From contig DFBK01000086.1 of NCBI GenBank assembly GCA_002366595.1, positions 43,813 to 81,352 of the forward strand: 37,540 bases of DNA. Reading direction: 5' to 3'. Under the pieces are notes generated by a model. It had not been told where the DNA came from. It did no database searches and saw only the letters and a list, made by a program, of their open reading frames with translations. The position numbers and the translations under genes were made by a program. Within the stretch, counting starts at the first letter, position 1. Each line of letters opens with the position of its first letter. Of the stretch, positions 17,389 through 28,924 are shown in pieces. The DNA comes from Anaerolineales bacterium UBA3082. GTDB lineage: Bacteria; Chloroflexota; Anaerolineae; UBA7937.

Positions 17389-19368
17389 CTACCTCTTTGC
17401 TCCTCCCTCGTCTCGATATAATATTTCTCCAAATTGGACCAACTCCTCCATCCCCCGGATGGGATGAGAGAATTGTGGAGTTTGGGCCATATGGTGGCTG
17501 GGGTACTGGGCTATGAGTTGCTGAATATACTCCTCTTCCTCCCTCCGCTTGGCCGAGCAGAAGGGACAATCGCTGGGCGGGGTGACCATGTTGATCAGGA
17601 CCTGTCGACTTGCGATCTTGAGAGCGTCGAGGGCTTGGAGAAGTCGCTCGGTCTCGGCGACAGCCATGGCCTCCGGGATGGTGACGGCGATGAATTCGGT
17701 CTCTGCACTGTCCACAAGCTGCTCTCGGACCCTCCTCACTTGCTTCATCAATTTGATCACCAACTCATTCAGTTCCACCACGCTGACGATCCGTCTGTAT
17801 TTCAGCAGCAGTCGGGCCAAGGTCATGAACCATTCCCTTGCTAGATCGGGGGTCTCCAGGAAGCGAAGCAGATGCCCGGTGGGTGCGGTGTCCAGGATGA
17901 AGATGTCGTACTCTTGGGCCTCCACCAATTCCATGATCTCCATCAGAGCCATCATCTCGTCCAGCCCTGGCGGAGCAAGATCCAGCAGTTGGTCCATTAT
18001 CTCACTGTCGAAAGCCACTCTCGAACTGCGGCCCCCCATGAAGCTGTCAAACACCCCGTCGATAACGCCTCTGTACTCGTCCTTGAACTCCTCCAGCAAT
18101 GCTTGGGCATCGATCTCTTGGGCATAGAGGTTGGGATAGCCGTCAATATTAGTGATCTGGTCTCCAACCTCTTGGTTAAGGCTGTCTGATACTGAGTGGG
18201 CTGGGTCGGTAGAGAAGAGCAGCACCCTCTTTCCCGGGAATCGAGAGGCCAGGTGGAGAGCGGTGGCCACTGCAGTGGTGGTCTTGCCCACGCCCCCCTT
18301 GCCACCGAATAAGAGGAAGCGAGAGGAAGATACAGACAAGCCGATGGGCTGAGGCGTTTTCTCTAGGCATTCGTGTTCCAGGCCTCCTGTCCAATCCCCC
18401 GCCATATCCTTCTTGACCCCGGCTAGGAGTTGACCATACTCGGTCAACCGATCCAGACCCTGAACTTGGTAGGGCAGAAGCGGCACCGGCCAGCGATGGA
18501 GGTCGGCAAATTTTTCCTCTATCTCCGCCAGGGGTTGGGCTTGCTCTCTTTGTTTACGCTGGCAGGACTCACAGAGGCCATCCCCATCCATAACGCGGTT
18601 GACGATGAGGTTTTTCACCAGGATGCGAAGCCTCTTGAGGGTGGAAAGCAAGCGCTCGCTCTCGCAGATGGCCATCTCCTCAGGGATGGTGACCAGCACA
18701 AACTCGGTTCCCTCGGCACTCTTCAGCATTTTCTCCACTATGGTGATGTCCTTCTCCATCTTGGTCAAAAATCGGTCACACTCATCCGGCCTATACGATC
18801 CGGTGAAAGTACGCATCATGAAGCGATGCTTGTCCATCATCATGTCTAGGGTTTTGATCCAGTTCCTCATCTCGGCCGGAAGTTGGAGCATACTCACGGT
18901 GTGCCCGGCCGGAGCGGTGTCTACCACCACCAAGTCATACTTCTGAGCCTTGGCCAGTTCCATGATCTCGATGATGGCCATCACCTCATCCAGCCCTGGC
19001 AGGGTTAGGGCCAGGAAATCGTGGATGTCGTCTCGATCGAACATCGTTCCTCGGTCGGCGATCTCGGCCAAAACGGGGTCGTTTTTGCGCTTGAACTCGG
19101 CTAACGCCCTTTCCGCGTCCAATTCTCGGGCGAAGAGGTTACCCGTCTGGTCGACGGGGATAATCTCGTCGCCGAGAGCCTGAGCAAAACTGTCTCCCAA
19201 GGAATGAGCAGGGTCGGTGGAGACGATCAATATTTTCTGCTCCGGTTTTTGGTGGGCGAGATAGAGAGCACTGGCCGCCGCTGAAGTGGTTTTGCCAACG
19301 CCTCCCTTGCCCCCGAAAAAGATGAACTTCAAGTTCTGGTTCTCCAGGAAACTGGGCAAGTCAGGCAT
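17389..19368 (-). CDS. Tandem ArsA/Get3(TRC40)-family ATPase (start refined to MPDLPS)
   Basis: Two halves, each with GGKGGVGKTT, STDPAHS, PGLDE, DTAP(A/T)GH and CxxC. Confidence 0.92.
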   Translation of the reverse strand: MPDLPSFLENQNLKFIFFGGKGGVGKTTSAAASALYLAHQKPEQKILIVSTDPAHSLGDSFAQALGDEIIPVDQTGNLFARELDAERALAEFKRKNDPVLAEIADRGTMFDRDDIHDFLALTLPGLDEVMAIIEIMELAKAQKYDLVVVDTAPAGHTVSMLQLPAEMRNWIKTLDMMMDKHRFMMRTFTGSYRPDECDRFLTKMEKDITIVEKMLKSAEGTEFVLVTIPEEMAICESERLLSTLKRLRILVKNLIVNRVMDGDGLCESCQRKQREQAQPLAEIEEKFADLHRWPVPLLPYQVQGLDRLTEYGQLLAGVKKDMAGDWTGGLEHECLEKTPQPIGLSVSSSRFLLFGGKGGVGKTTTAVATALHLASRFPGKRVLLFSTDPAHSVSDSLNQEVGDQITNIDGYPNLYAQEIDAQALLEEFKDEYRGVIDGVFDSFMGGRSSRVAFDSEIMDQLLDLAPPGLDEMMALMEIMELVEAQEYDIFILDTAPTGHLLRFLETPDLAREWFMTLARLLLKYRRIVSVVELNELVIKLMKQVRRVREQLVDSAETEFIAVTIPEAMAVAETERLLQALDALKIASRQVLINMVTPPSDCPFCSAKRREEEEYIQQLIAQYPSHHMAQTPQFSHPIRGMEELVQFGEILYRDEGGAKR

Positions 19369-19424
19369 GTTATCTTCCGTCTCTCTTATTCCGCACTTTG
19401 TAGCGCGGTCTGACCCCTTCACCG

Positions 19425-19760
19425 TTATTCAAACCCTTCGGGGAATACCCTGCGCCACCAGGCCTCATCTTCCTCAAACTGCTCATCTTTCTTCCGCTCG
19501 CGAATGGCGTCCAACCGCTCCATCTTCTCCTTCTCCCGGGCCTCGAAATCCTCCTTCTCGATCTCCCCCATCTCGTAGTGGAGCTCCAACTCCATCAACT
19601 CCCCTAGGGCCCGGCCCTCATCGGTCTGTTCGGCCACGACCTCCCCGTGGATTTGCTCGAGCAGCCAACTTGCAGATTTGACCGGTACAGTCACTGGCGC
19701 AGCGAGTACCTTGACCGCCGTCTTAAGCAATTGGTGTTCTACCCATGATGTGAAGAACAT
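19425..19760 (-). CDS. gvpG: Gas vesicle protein G (start refined)
   Basis: APVTVPVKSASWLLEQIH...LMELELHYEMGEIEKEDFEAREKE follows the GvpG pattern. Confidence 0.82.
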   Translation of the reverse strand: MFFTSWVEHQLLKTAVKVLAAPVTVPVKSASWLLEQIHGEVVAEQTDEGRALGELMELELHYEMGEIEKEDFEAREKEKMERLDAIRERKKDEQFEEDEAWWRRVFPEGFE

Positions 19761-19762
19761 GG

Positions 19763-20167
19763 CTACACTCCCCTCTCCTTGGGCTGCGTTGCCCCCGCCT
19801 TTTCGGCTGTTGTGACTACTCCGGTGCCAGAACAACGCAGGCAGTGAAGGTGCATCCCGTCGGTGCCTGTTCCCCGGCAAAGGGGACAGGTTTCCGCTGG
19901 CTTCTCGACGGTTCTCACCCCTTTCCCTCCACAGCCAAGGCACCCTAGCCTCGTGAAGGGCTGGATACCGGTCCCTCCACAGGCGAGGCAGGGCACATAC
20001 GGTTCCTTGACCCTAACCGTTCCTTTCCCGCCACACGTACCGCGGGTGGAGAGGACCGATAGGAGTCCGAAGGGGTCCTTGCCTGTGCCCCGGCAGAAGG
20101 CGCATTTGATCTCCACCCATTTTCCCTCTTTCGTCACCTTTGGACTCGCGCTTGTTTTTTGGGCCAT
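19763..20167 (-). CDS. DnaJ-type zinc-finger protein
   Basis: Five intact CxxCxGxG motifs plus one degenerate (RGTCGGKG). Confidence 0.82.
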   Translation of the reverse strand: MAQKTSASPKVTKEGKWVEIKCAFCRGTGKDPFGLLSVLSTRGTCGGKGTVRVKEPYVPCLACGGTGIQPFTRLGCLGCGGKGVRTVEKPAETCPLCRGTGTDGMHLHCLRCSGTGVVTTAEKAGATQPKERGV

Positions 20168-20180
20168 TGGTTTTGCCTCC

Positions 20181-20555
20181 TTAGATGGATACTACCCCGG
20201 CGCCCAAGCAGGTTGTGCAAGGTAGGTCTAACTCATTCCGGGGATCCCTGCCCAACCCGTGGCAAGTAGGGCAACTCTCCACCGGCTTCTTGATGGCGAT
20301 CACCCCCTTGCCCATACAGGCGGTGCAGGTCAGGCGGCTGCGGTGGTGGATACCCGTCCCTCGGCAAAAGGCACAGGGCACATAGGGCTCCTCCACCTCC
20401 ACCTGCCCTGTACCACCGCAAACTCCACAGGCCGCCATGGGGGAGAGAAGCCTGAAAGGGTCCTTGCCGGTGCCCTGGCAAAAGGCGCAGGGTACCGAGG
20501 TCAACTTTTTCGCTTTCTTCTTCACCTTTCTCTTAGTCGCCGCTTTCTTAGCCAT
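20181..20555 (-). CDS. DnaJ-type zinc-finger protein with Lys-rich N-terminus (start refined to MAKKAA)
   Basis: Six CxxCxGxG motifs; AGGAGGTG RBS. Confidence 0.82.
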   Translation of the reverse strand: MAKKAATKRKVKKKAKKLTSVPCAFCQGTGKDPFRLLSPMAACGVCGGTGQVEVEEPYVPCAFCRGTGIHHRSRLTCTACMGKGVIAIKKPVESCPTCHGLGRDPRNELDLPCTTCLGAGVVSI

Positions 20556-20560
20556 CTTTT

Positions 20561-20938
20561 TCACCTCCTTGTAAGCTCTACTACTACACCCTTCCCTCCA
20601 CAAGTGGTGCAAGAAAGCCCGAATTCGCTCTCTACATCCCTGCCAGTTCCTTCACAAGCAGGGCAGGTCCGCACTGGCTCCTTGATACTCACCACCCCCT
20701 TGCCCTTGCATACGGTGCAGGTCAGACGGCGATCAGGATGAATGCCAGTCCCCTGGCAGAAGGCACAGAGTATGTAGGGTTCCTGTGTTCGAACGGCCCC
20801 CTCTCCTCCACAGACACAGCAATTCGATTTAGGGTGCGGAACCCCGAAGGGGTCCTTGCCTCGGCCTCCACAAAAAGCGCACTCCACCCAAACCCACTGC
20901 CTCTCTTTTTGAGCTGTCCTTTGGCCCATAGCCTTCAC
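20561..20938 (-). CDS. DnaJ-type zinc-finger protein
   Basis: Six CxxCxGxG motifs. Confidence 0.82.
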   Translation of the reverse strand: MKAMGQRTAQKERQWVWVECAFCGGRGKDPFGVPHPKSNCCVCGGEGAVRTQEPYILCAFCQGTGIHPDRRLTCTVCKGKGVVSIKEPVRTCPACEGTGRDVESEFGLSCTTCGGKGVVVELTRR

Positions 20939-20996
20939 CTTTCCCTAAGGGAGCAATCAGGGCCTCGAGGTTAGATGGTCAAGACCTCTGCCTCGA

Positions 20997-21335
20997 CTAG
21001 ATGGGCACTACCCCCTTGCCCTCACAGACAGGGCAAGATAGCCTGAGCGGGCTACTGACATCCCGCCCGTGCCCACCGCAGGCTGGGCAGGGCTGCACTT
21101 GCTCTTTGACGGTGATCACTCCCTTGCCGCCACAGATAGTGCATGTCATGCGGCCATTCGCTCCTGTCCCCTCGCAGTAGGCGCAGAGCAGGAGGGGCTC
21201 TTGGACGCGAACCTTTCTCCGGCCCCCGCAGGCAGGGCACTTCGCCGCGGCGAAGGGGTTCTTCCCGGTCCCCCCGCAGAAAGCACACATTATCTCGACC
21301 CATTCGCCCGCCTTTACGGGTGTCTTTTGTTTCAT
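20997..21335 (-). CDS. DnaJ-type zinc-finger protein
   Basis: Six CxxCxGx(G/R) motifs; AGGAGGT RBS. Confidence 0.82.
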   Translation of the reverse strand: MKQKTPVKAGEWVEIMCAFCGGTGKNPFAAAKCPACGGRRKVRVQEPLLLCAYCEGTGANGRMTCTICGGKGVITVKEQVQPCPACGGHGRDVSSPLRLSCPVCEGKGVVPI

Positions 21336-21412
21336 GGTCTCCTACCTCCTTGTTGCATCCATCGAAAGATTTTCTCCACCCCACCTCAGAAAGCGGGGCC
21401 TTGTTTGGCGCT

Positions 21413-22354
21413 TCATGGAGGGTTTGAGCTAAGGCTTCGAGCCTCAGCCAAGCCATACCCTTCAGAGCCTGGTGTGGATTTTTCTTTCGAAGATCCACCC
21501 TCTACCCCCTCCACCCTCTTACCCTTTCTCACAATCTCAAATTCCTCCTCCTCTTCCTCCCAGTGTATGATGAGTTCCACAAAATTGAAGGGCGGCACAG
21601 GGCCTACGTAGTTGAACTTCATTCTCTGGCCACATTTCTCGTCCAACTCGTTAGCCTTGTGATCGAATTCCTCCACCCGCGATTTGTGGACCAGGAAAGC
21701 GGCGTTGAGGATCATCATATCGATGAGCACTTTGTTGGTCTCGTACCTCTCGGCCAGCCGGCTGAGAGCCCGCGCCAGTCTCCTAGCGTCGACGTCCCTT
21801 CTTTCCTCCATCTCACTGTGTACCCAGGTACCTAGTTGCAGCCTTTCATAGTAGGTCGAGGATCCCTTCGAGTCGTGGGAGGCGATGCGATCCCGCATCG
21901 CTCGTATGTTCCGGTTTTCAGCCACGATTGCCTGGAAGAGGCCTTCCTTCTCCCAAAAGACTTTCAGTCCTAACTCGACCTTGTTCTCCATCTCCCTCAG
22001 CAGGGAATGGAACTCGCCATAATGTCGCCTGAGCAATCTCTTGATCTTCTCCTCCGCGCTACTCTTGCCCGGAGTGGGCTTGCATACCGTCGCGAACCTG
22101 ACGGGGAGAACGGTGAAACCCTGCTTCAGGACCTCTTCGCAAACCAACTCATGCTGGATAGTATTGGCCCGGGTGGTTTCGTAATCATCCTGAGGCGAGT
22201 CGCTGACCGTCATCGCCAGATCATCGAAGGGGATGCTATAGACCTCATCGCCCCGGCTGCCGATCCCCTTGACCGGCAGGTGAAGGGGGTCTTCATGGCT
22301 CCGGGTTAAGCAATAGAGGTATATCATTCTCCCGTCATCGGAGCCCTTACTCAT
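21413..22354 (-). CDS. GvpL/GvpF family gas vesicle protein
   Basis: YLYCLT, VLPVRFAT, KVELGLKVFW, ILNAAFLV, YVGPVPPFNFV. Confidence 0.92.
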   Translation of the reverse strand: MSKGSDDGRMIYLYCLTRSHEDPLHLPVKGIGSRGDEVYSIPFDDLAMTVSDSPQDDYETTRANTIQHELVCEEVLKQGFTVLPVRFATVCKPTPGKSSAEEKIKRLLRRHYGEFHSLLREMENKVELGLKVFWEKEGLFQAIVAENRNIRAMRDRIASHDSKGSSTYYERLQLGTWVHSEMEERRDVDARRLARALSRLAERYETNKVLIDMMILNAAFLVHKSRVEEFDHKANELDEKCGQRMKFNYVGPVPPFNFVELIIHWEEEEEEFEIVRKGKRVEGVEGGSSKEKSTPGSEGYGLAEARSLSSNPP

Positions 22355-23433
22355 CAGGCCTCTCTCTCCAAACGCTTGATCGTGACCAGAACGCCTTCCT
22401 CAATGGCCGCCGGAGTAAAGGAGCAAGAATACTCAGTGGCTGCTTTCTTAGAAGTGATTCCTTGAGCGGCTGCCTGTCCCAAACAGCGACTCTTCAATAA
22501 CTCATAGGCCTGGGCGATTTGGGTAAAGCGCTCTTCTGCATCGCTGTCCGGCTGGACATCGGGGTGACACTCCTGAGCCAGGTCATAGTAGGCCTTCTTT
22601 ATTTCCCCTAGGCTGGCCTTCTCACCCAGGCCCAATAACTCCCTGGCCCCCTTAACCTCTTTGTGAGTCATAGGCCGCACCTCGATGGTGGCAAAACTAT
22701 AGGGTGGCAGGGGCCCGATGCGTCGGAAGTTCAAAGCGCCACCCATCCTCTTATCCAACTCCTCAAGTCTCTCATCGAACTCATCCTGTCTCTCCTTATC
22801 GATGAGGAAGGCCACGTTCATCACAAAACTGTCATCCATCAGCGCGTTCTTTTGCGTGTCAATGGAGCAGTTAGCGAGACCCTCGAGTATCTCTCTTTGA
22901 TGATCCTCCCGCCTGCGGCCTAGAGATTCATATACCATCTTGCCCAGTTTGATCCTATCGTTTAGTCCCCTTAAAGGCGGTTTCCCCTCCGTCTTGGCTT
23001 TCAATTTGGCGATGGGCTCCTCGTTGCCGATCTCCTGGAAGACGGAAGCGAGGTCCCAGGTGGCCACCACTTCTACCTCAACTTTGTCCTGGAAAGCGGC
23101 CTGAGCCTCCTTGAGGTTGAAATACCCTTGACGCAATACGCTTTCCACCTTTTTCTTCTCATCCACCATGGTGCCGAACTTCATGGGGAGGATGGAACAG
23201 TGCTTCATGACCCCTTCGGTCACTCGTTGATGAGCCGCCAGATCGCGGACTATCTTCTCCTTATCCTTTACAGCCCTGTAGTCTATGGCTGGGCAATCGC
23301 TAACCACGGCAGCCAAGTCCTGATAGGGGACAACGTGCACTTCATCTCCCCTTCCGCCTATACCAAGAGGGCCGAAGGTGGTTCTCCCTCCGTTTTGGAT
23401 CACTCCGTAAATATACTTGGCATCCTTTGCCAT
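22354..23433 (-). CDS. GvpF/GvpL protein fused to a C-terminal DnaJ J-domain
   Basis: YIYGVI..ILPMKFGT..IGPLPPYSF, then LLGL..ASLGEIKKAYYDLAQECHPD..EERFTQIAQAYELL. Confidence 0.9.
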   Translation of the reverse strand: MAKDAKYIYGVIQNGGRTTFGPLGIGGRGDEVHVVPYQDLAAVVSDCPAIDYRAVKDKEKIVRDLAAHQRVTEGVMKHCSILPMKFGTMVDEKKKVESVLRQGYFNLKEAQAAFQDKVEVEVVATWDLASVFQEIGNEEPIAKLKAKTEGKPPLRGLNDRIKLGKMVYESLGRRREDHQREILEGLANCSIDTQKNALMDDSFVMNVAFLIDKERQDEFDERLEELDKRMGGALNFRRIGPLPPYSFATIEVRPMTHKEVKGARELLGLGEKASLGEIKKAYYDLAQECHPDVQPDSDAEERFTQIAQAYELLKSRCLGQAAAQGITSKKAATEYSCSFTPAAIEEGVLVTIKRLEREA

Positions 23434-23453
23434 GCCCTCGTCCTCCGTCTCAT

Positions 23454-25279
<1,826 letters not shown>

Positions 25280-25283
<4 letters not shown>

Positions 25284-25846
25284 TTTAATTCTGCTTCGCC
25301 AGGTTCTTCTGCCTTCCGCAGCCTGATCTCCAGGATGCCGTTCTTGTAGGTGGTCTCCAGGGTGCTCTCGTCGACGGGGCAAGGAAGTGGAAGTTCCTTG
25401 GCGTATTTCCTCCTTCCGGTGGAGGAGAATTTGAGAGTGTCGTCCTCGATTTCGATTCGTGTCTCCTTCTCCTCCACGCCGGGCAACTCAGCAACGACCA
25501 AAAGTAGATCATCCTCATCGAAGAGGTCGGTGAGGGGTTCCCTCACTTCCTCGACGATGGGGCCTCTCTCGGTGCGGCGGATATTGCCGAAGGGCTGCAC
25601 TCTGGGGATGCCACCCACTCCTCGCCGTACCGAGACGCCGTAGACCCCTCTAGGTGCTCCTCCGACCCCGCTTCGGCTGGCTCGCCGCAGTCTAGAGAGC
25701 GTCTCTTCATCGAGGTCGGCTAGATCGACCTTCTCCACCATCCCGGAGACCAAATCGATGAGATCGCCGATCCCCTTGAAGAGACCGCCCAGACCGAGGT
25801 CTAGGCCCTCCATTTCATCCCGCTTCTCCTTCTCAGCCCTTGACAT
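25280..25846 (-). CDS. Hsp20/alpha-crystallin protein, archaeal-type / GvpH-like
   Basis: [40 protein letters not shown]. Confidence 0.88.
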
Positions 25847-26063
25847 CTCTTTCCTCCTTCACTAAGTAATCAAGCCCGGGGGTTATTTGAACAAAACCTG
25901 CCTGCCAGGGGATTCTCTCAGGACACAGGCAGGCATAATGGACAGCGTCCAATCAATGAGGAAGAATGCTTCTCCTTGGGCTGCCGTCTCCTATTGTCAA
26001 GCCTCGACAAGGTGCCTGCTCATGCCTATCGAACACCACCCCGATAATCCGCGCGTTGCTGCT

Positions 26064-26345
26064 CTAGCGAGGGAGAGGATATGGCACTTCTTCCCCGGCC
26101 TCTCTGATGGAAGGTTCAGCGCGTTCCAGCAGGGCTCGGGCCTGCGAATCCAACTGGGCGATGCGATCCTCCAGGCGCCTGGCCTTGGCCAACCATATAC
26201 TGCGCTGCTTCTGCAACCTCTCTTTCTCTCGTGCCAACCCCTCAAGCTGTTGATGGGGGTTTCCCATCCCAGTAAGACGACGGATATTGCCTTGGTGTGG
26301 GATATCGTGAGCCGACTTCACGTATTCTGATGTTCTAACGCGCAT
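26064..26345 (-). CDS. Small coiled-coil protein downstream of gvpN
   Basis: LAREKERLQKQRSIW...RLEDRIAQLDSQ heptads; GGGAGG RBS. Confidence 0.6.
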   Translation of the reverse strand: MRVRTSEYVKSAHDIPHQGNIRRLTGMGNPHQQLEGLAREKERLQKQRSIWLAKARRLEDRIAQLDSQARALLERAEPSIREAGEEVPYPLPR

Positions 26346-26363
26346 CGCGCCTCCCCATATTCT

Positions 26364-27353
26364 CTATTTGCTCTTCTTGAGCAGTTCCACCAATATGTCA
26401 CGCTTCTCCTTGTCGGGCTCGCCGTTGGGGTTGAGTTCCAGCGCGAAAACGTCCATCACTATCTGGCCGAAAGTGAGGCTGCCCCCGTTGGCGTTCTGGT
26501 GAGCCAGGACCTTGCCGATCATGATGCAACTCCTGACCGTGGCACACTCGAAATTCGTCGCCTCTCGGAAGCCCCTGACCAGATCCACTATCCTCTCGGC
26601 CTCGTCGGCGGAGACGACCGTTCGAGCCCGGGTGATGGCCAGTTCCGTCTCCCGGTCGAAGTGGGTGATGTCAATGGTGATCATGCGATCCAGCAGGGCC
26701 TCCTGGCTGAGATGCACCCCCGCGTATTCGGTGGGGTTTGAGGTGAAGATGGCGGTGAAGTCAGGGTGAACCCGCAGATACCCTTGGGCACTCTTGACCG
26801 TGGGAAGGATCAGTATCCGCTCCTCGAGCACCGGCAACAAGACGTTATTGGCCTCTGGCCTCGAGCGGCTGAACTCGTCGTAGACCAGGGTGTAACCCTG
26901 CTGGCAGGCTACGGTGAGTTGGCTATCTATCCAACGGTAATCGAGGCGGTCCTCCGCCTTCATCACCGAGTGGATGAAGTTGTCCATGACCCGCTTGCGG
27001 CTGTAGCCGTGCTCTCCGCCCACCAGGTCGGAGGTGCCCAACTCCTCGTCCCCCACTAGGAGCATCATGGGGCGGCCGATCTGAGTGGCCAGGTGGATAG
27101 CCAGGGTCGTCTTACCACACCCCGTCGGTCCCCGGAAATGAACGGGGAAGCCGCCCTCCACGTAGGTGAGGGCGCGTTCGGTTATGCTCCTGATGAAAGG
27201 GGTCTCCACGAAGTCTGGACGTGGTGAGGCCTCTACCATAGGAGTTGGGGGGTGCCCGGGAACCGCCTCCCTTAGCGTCTGCGCCCTCAACTCGTTCAGT
27301 CGCCCTTCCTGAACGGCGGCCCCCCTTCTCAAATCTTCAACTCTTATGCTCAT
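26364..27353 (-). CDS. gvpN: Gas vesicle AAA+ ATPase GvpN
   Basis: PVHFRGPTGCGKTT, DNFIHSV, GYTLVYDEFSRSRPEANNVLL, HPDFTAIFTSNPTEYAGVH. Confidence 0.95.
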   Translation of the reverse strand: MSIRVEDLRRGAAVQEGRLNELRAQTLREAVPGHPPTPMVEASPRPDFVETPFIRSITERALTYVEGGFPVHFRGPTGCGKTTLAIHLATQIGRPMMLLVGDEELGTSDLVGGEHGYSRKRVMDNFIHSVMKAEDRLDYRWIDSQLTVACQQGYTLVYDEFSRSRPEANNVLLPVLEERILILPTVKSAQGYLRVHPDFTAIFTSNPTEYAGVHLSQEALLDRMITIDITHFDRETELAITRARTVVSADEAERIVDLVRGFREATNFECATVRSCIMIGKVLAHQNANGGSLTFGQIVMDVFALELNPNGEPDKEKRDILVELLKKSK

Positions 27354-27640
27354 TACTTTTCTCCTCTTCTTCGTTAATCGCTAGCGTGCTGGAGAGCCCA
27401 GCACTAACTTACCGTCTCTCATATTTGGGCATCCAGACAAGACCTCTGCTCCCCAGCGCTGCAGGGAGGTGGCTAGACCCGCTGGGTGGCCCCATTCTCC
27501 TCAAGTCAACACACACTACCCCTGAAGGAGAGGGCACTCATAATAGGGTTCAGCCTTTGGGCAGCCAACGCTCCCTACAGCGCCAAAAGGAGGAGGCAAC
27601 GGAAGCCGTCACGCTACCTCTAACCGCTCCGCTCCTCAAC

Positions 27641-28450
27641 TCATTCAGCCAGTTCCTCGGCTTGGGCGATCCACTCCTCTATGTTGGCCAATCTAGCGGC
27701 AGCGCCAAGCACAGCCTCTATTTCTGCAGGCGAGGCTTCAGCCAACTGGGCATAGGTTACGATGCCAGCCAGGTTCAGTCGCTCTTCCATGCTGGCCCCG
27801 ATGCCCCGGATGACGGTAAGGTCGTCGGGAATGACCTCTTCCCTTACCGTGATGGTGGGCTCTGGTGGCGGTGCGACCTTAACCGGGGGTTTTGGCCGTG
27901 CTAGTGGCCTTCGCTTGGGCTTTGGCGGCGCGGCCCTCAACCCTTCCTGCCAGGCTGTCCGGGTGGCCTTCATCTCCGCCTTCACTTCCTTCATCAGAGC
28001 GGTGGTGTCGGCCTTCAATTGAGACCTGGCCTGGGCCAACTCGGCCCTCACCTCCTGGCCCATGGCTTGGTGATCGCTGCGATAGCCAGACAGTTGGCTA
28101 TTAACCCCCTTCTTGCGAGCCTTGGTCGTTTTGGCCAATCCGGCCCTCACCTCCTGGCCCATGGCTTGGTGATCGTTGCGGAACCCGGTCAGTTGGATCT
28201 TCACCCCTATCTGGCGAGTCTTGCTACCTTCAGCCAATTCCTTCATCAGAGCGGCGGTGTCGGCCATCAGAGCCGCCTTGTCCGCCTTAAGTGTGGCGTA
28301 TAGCCCCTTGGCCATGGCCTGGCGATCCTTCTCGTATTCCACCAGTTGACTCCTCATTTCCTTCTTTAGAGTGGCTACAGCTTCCTTGCGGTCGCGCTTG
28401 GAGGACACGATCCCTTCAGCCAAATCTCGCATCTCTTCTAGGGAAGGCAT
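27641..28450 (-). CDS. GvpC-like outer strengthening protein with 33-aa repeats and a C-terminal HhH/DUF4332-like domain
   Basis: Lies between gvpA and gvpN. DHQAMGQEVRA recurs 33 aa apart (99 nt; 28042 and 28141). C-terminal DDLTVIRGIG...WIAQA. Confidence 0.75.
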   Translation of the reverse strand: MPSLEEMRDLAEGIVSSKRDRKEAVATLKKEMRSQLVEYEKDRQAMAKGLYATLKADKAALMADTAALMKELAEGSKTRQIGVKIQLTGFRNDHQAMGQEVRAGLAKTTKARKKGVNSQLSGYRSDHQAMGQEVRAELAQARSQLKADTTALMKEVKAEMKATRTAWQEGLRAAPPKPKRRPLARPKPPVKVAPPPEPTITVREEVIPDDLTVIRGIGASMEERLNLAGIVTYAQLAEASPAEIEAVLGAAARLANIEEWIAQAEELAE

Positions 28451-28510
28451 CTTTTCACCTCCTTCCTATATATATCTTCTCGTCCCCTAGGGGACTGTCT
28501 GCTTCGTAAT

Positions 28511-28596
28511 CTTGCACCTGCGAGGCGGACGTCGAGGCGCGCCTCCGTCATCCAGCACCAGCGGACTCACTCGGCCGCCTCGACGTCGCCTGCAAG
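28511..28596 (-). promoter_or_regulatory. Long stem-loop between gvpA and the gvpC-like gene (mRNA stabiliser or attenuator)
   Basis: Perfect 12 bp inverted repeat GACGTCGAGGCG (28528-28539) / CGCCTCGACGTC (28576-28587), extended by CTTGCA/TGCAAG. Confidence 0.6.
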
Positions 28597-28624
28597 TTGG
28601 GGAACCGATGCTTACTCCCTACTT

Positions 28625-28840
28625 CTACGCCGGTGGTGCTGCTAGCGGCGTTAAGCCGATAGCCTCGGCGTACTTGAGGAAGGTGTCTACCCCAGCGACC
28701 ACGACTCTCGCCTCGATGGCCAGTATCTCGATGCCCACCAAGGAGATCCTCGCCCAAGCATCGACCACGATCCCCTTGTCCAAGACCCGGTCGATAACTT
28801 CGACCAGACTCGAGGACGCGATAGTCTTCTCCACTGCCAT
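28625..28840 (-). CDS. gvpA: Major gas vesicle structural protein GvpA (downstream copy)
   Basis: [63 protein letters not shown]; AGGAGGTG RBS. Confidence 0.97.
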   Translation of the reverse strand: MAVEKTIASSSLVEVIDRVLDKGIVVDAWARISLVGIEILAIEARVVVAGVDTFLKYAEAIGLTPLAAPPA

Positions 28841-28924
28841 TCCGATTCACCTCCTTTCCTCTCCCGGGGTCTTTTGCCGCCGGGCAAGTTATCAATACCT
28901 GCCCTCAAGCCCCAAATGATCGCT

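Noticed and set aside
17389-19368. Arsenic resistance operon
   Set aside because: No arsR, arsB, arsC or arsD is present, and the context and motifs are Get3-like.
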